A stretch of 32,000 nucleotides of DNA. Source: Amoeboradix gromovi X-113. Taxonomy: Eukaryota > Fungi > Sanchytriomycota. The first letter of the stretch is position 1. Every line of letters starts with the position of its first letter. The notes beneath the pieces are model-generated. The model was given only the letters and a program-made list of their open reading frames with translations. It was not told the DNA's origin and searched no databases. The DNA lies in NCBI GenBank assembly GCA_018985225.1, contig JADGIF010000003.1:1-32000 (forward strand). The letters run 5' to 3'. Below are positions 30,527-32,000 of this stretch, one piece after another. The position numbers and the translations under genes were made by a program.

Positions 30527-30683
30527 ATAGAGGCCTATGGTAGCATAGAACATATTCTTATATGAGCCTGTTCATTCCCGCCTCAGGGTAGTAGAATAGT
30601 GAGCAGCTGGATAACGGAGTGGCCGACTAAGTCAGTTTTTCTGTTCAGCTTCTAGATTTCTTGTAAACTAGCGTCATCAAAAG
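30527..30683 (+). ncRNA. Fanzor RuvC-III remnant (30527-30560) + omegaRNA-like copy 2 (30579-30683)
   Basis: ATAGAGGCCTATGGTAGCATAGAACATATTC aligns to ATAGAGACCATATGACAGCAAGGAACATATAC of copy 1; CGCCTCAGGGTAGTAGAATAGTGAGCA matches copy 1 at 23/27. Confidence 0.65.
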
Positions 30684-30733
30684 TGGTATATAAATAAAAT
30701 GATTTTTAACTTTGACCCTTGTTTTATGCTCAG

Positions 30734-31541
30734 ATGAATGGATTACTTCCAAACTCGCACTCGGGAGAGAAGAAAACTAAATCTCAAGAGGAACTGAGAA
30801 TGGAAAGTACAAGACATTCTCCTTCAGGCTCAGTGCAATCTGCACCAATTCATCAAAATCACTTACCACCAATAAAATTTGATGGTAAAATAGATCTTCG
30901 CAGAATATTCAGTCTAATTGAGTATAAAGGACTCAGGTTTCTAATACTAGACTGTCCCACTGAAAGCACACTTCCAATTATAGTGAATGAGTTCAAAAAA
31001 TATAATGTCACAGACGTAGTTCGAGTGTGTGAACCAACATATAACACGAAAAAACTAACAGAGGAGGGGATTTCAGTACTAGATGTGCCTTATTTAGATG
31101 GCGGAACCCCTCCGCAGCATATAATCTTAAAGTTTCTTGGGTTGGTCCAGCAAAGATATAATGATTTTCCTTCCAAGAAGTCAATGCTAACTGCGTCATC
31201 ATCGCAAATACTGGAGCCGATTTCCCCAATGAAGCAAGAAGAGCTACTCTCAGTGTCTATGCCGACTGTAGCTGTTGAAAACCCGACAATTGCAGTGCAT
31301 TGTGTAGCTGGTTTAGGTAGAGCACCTGTATTAATAGCAATTGCACTGATTGAGCATGGAATGGCCAACTTAGATGCTGTTGATTTTATACGTGAAAAGA
31401 GGCGCGGTGCATTTAATAATCTTCAGATTGTGTACATTGACAGGTATTTTACGATAATTTAGATATAAGCGTGTTTTAACCAAGGAATCAGATAAAAATT
31501 GGTTTCGTACATTTGTAAATAAAATTAAAACAAGAGAATAA
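30734..31541 (+). CDS. PTP4A: PRL/PTP4A-family protein tyrosine phosphatase; exons 30734-31443 and 31463-31541
   Basis: RFLILDCPT, VVRVCEPTY, DGGTPP, VHCVAGLGRAPVL, IREKRRGAFN; splicing gives IDRYKRVLTK...IKTRE*. Confidence 0.92.
31444..31462 (+). other. 19-nt spliceosomal intron
   Basis: GTATTTTACGATAATTTAG; AG|GT...AG context, removal extends the ORF by a PRL-like basic tail. Confidence 0.75.
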
Positions 31542-31646
31542 ATTTAATTTAAGCATTCATTTATGACATTCAAGCACTGCAGGAGTAGCATCTAGAGTTC
31601 TACAAATACTTGCTAGTTAGTTTGAATATAAAATACAATTTACTTA

Positions 31647-32000
31647 CTACTGGATTCTAAAAAAAGTTGGAATAGAGTCCTTGTCTACAAAAAATCGGAG
31701 CACCAATACAATTGGCTCAGAGTAGTGATGACTTAAAACTTTATGAACAACAGTAATATTGGATGGAGTCATGTCTTCATACGAAAGAACATTATTCCAA
31801 AACCCTTCCAATGGGTTTAAAAACTTGTTTCGCTCATGTATGACGAGAAGCTGCTCATCATTTACAAATAAATAAGTATATGACTCTATACACCCTTCGT
31901 CTAATGCCATGTATGTAGACATAGAGTTTCTACACTCTCTTAACGGAAAGTTCAAAATAAAAACTGGAGTTTTCGCGTCATAGTATACCTTCAAATTTAA
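31647..32000 (-). CDS. 3' part of a hypothetical gene running off the window end
   Basis: Frame open from 32000 to the stop at 31647; no family recognised. Confidence 0.55.
   Translation of the reverse strand, partial: LNLKVYYDAKTPVFILNFPLRECRNSMSTYMALDEGCIESYTYLFVNDEQLLVIHERNKFLNPLEGFWNNVLSYEDMTPSNITVVHKVLSHHYSEPIVLVLRFFVDKDSIPTFFRIQ

Noticed and set aside
1-32000. Alternative genetic code (TAA/TAG = Gln), rRNA, tRNA, prokaryotic operon
   Set aside because: Conserved genes end at TAA/TAG where expected and ORF breaks are explained by introns or decay; no rRNA or tRNA recognised by eye; gene content is eukaryotic.

Overview
AT-rich, very gene-dense eukaryotic nuclear DNA in the standard genetic code. 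Gene content suggests an early-diverging opisthokont, probably a zoosporic or amoeboid fungal-side parasite (inference). Recognisable host genes: long-form tRNase Z, eIF2B-beta, Ena/VASP, BOP1/Erb1, Eaf1/Vid21, ERCC1/Rad10, SCAI, a GAS2-domain protein and a PRL/PTP4A phosphatase, plus tentative IFT43- and Scm3-like mini-genes and several orphans. Three ORFs are completed only by removing 19-20 nt GT-AG introns that all end in TAA-NN-TAG. Convergent genes are about 20 bp apart, while the longer spacers hold mobile-element debris. That debris comprises (i) a Sola-like DNA transposase pseudogene and related ~30-bp-TIR MITEs with 4-bp ANNT flanks, (ii) four decayed Fanzor/TnpB 3' ends (one weak at protein level), three followed by a shared structured ~105-nt element that looks like the omegaRNA/right end, and (iii) a frameshifted Crinkler-type NTPase + PD-(D/E)xK nuclease gene. 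All calls are by eye; no database search was run.
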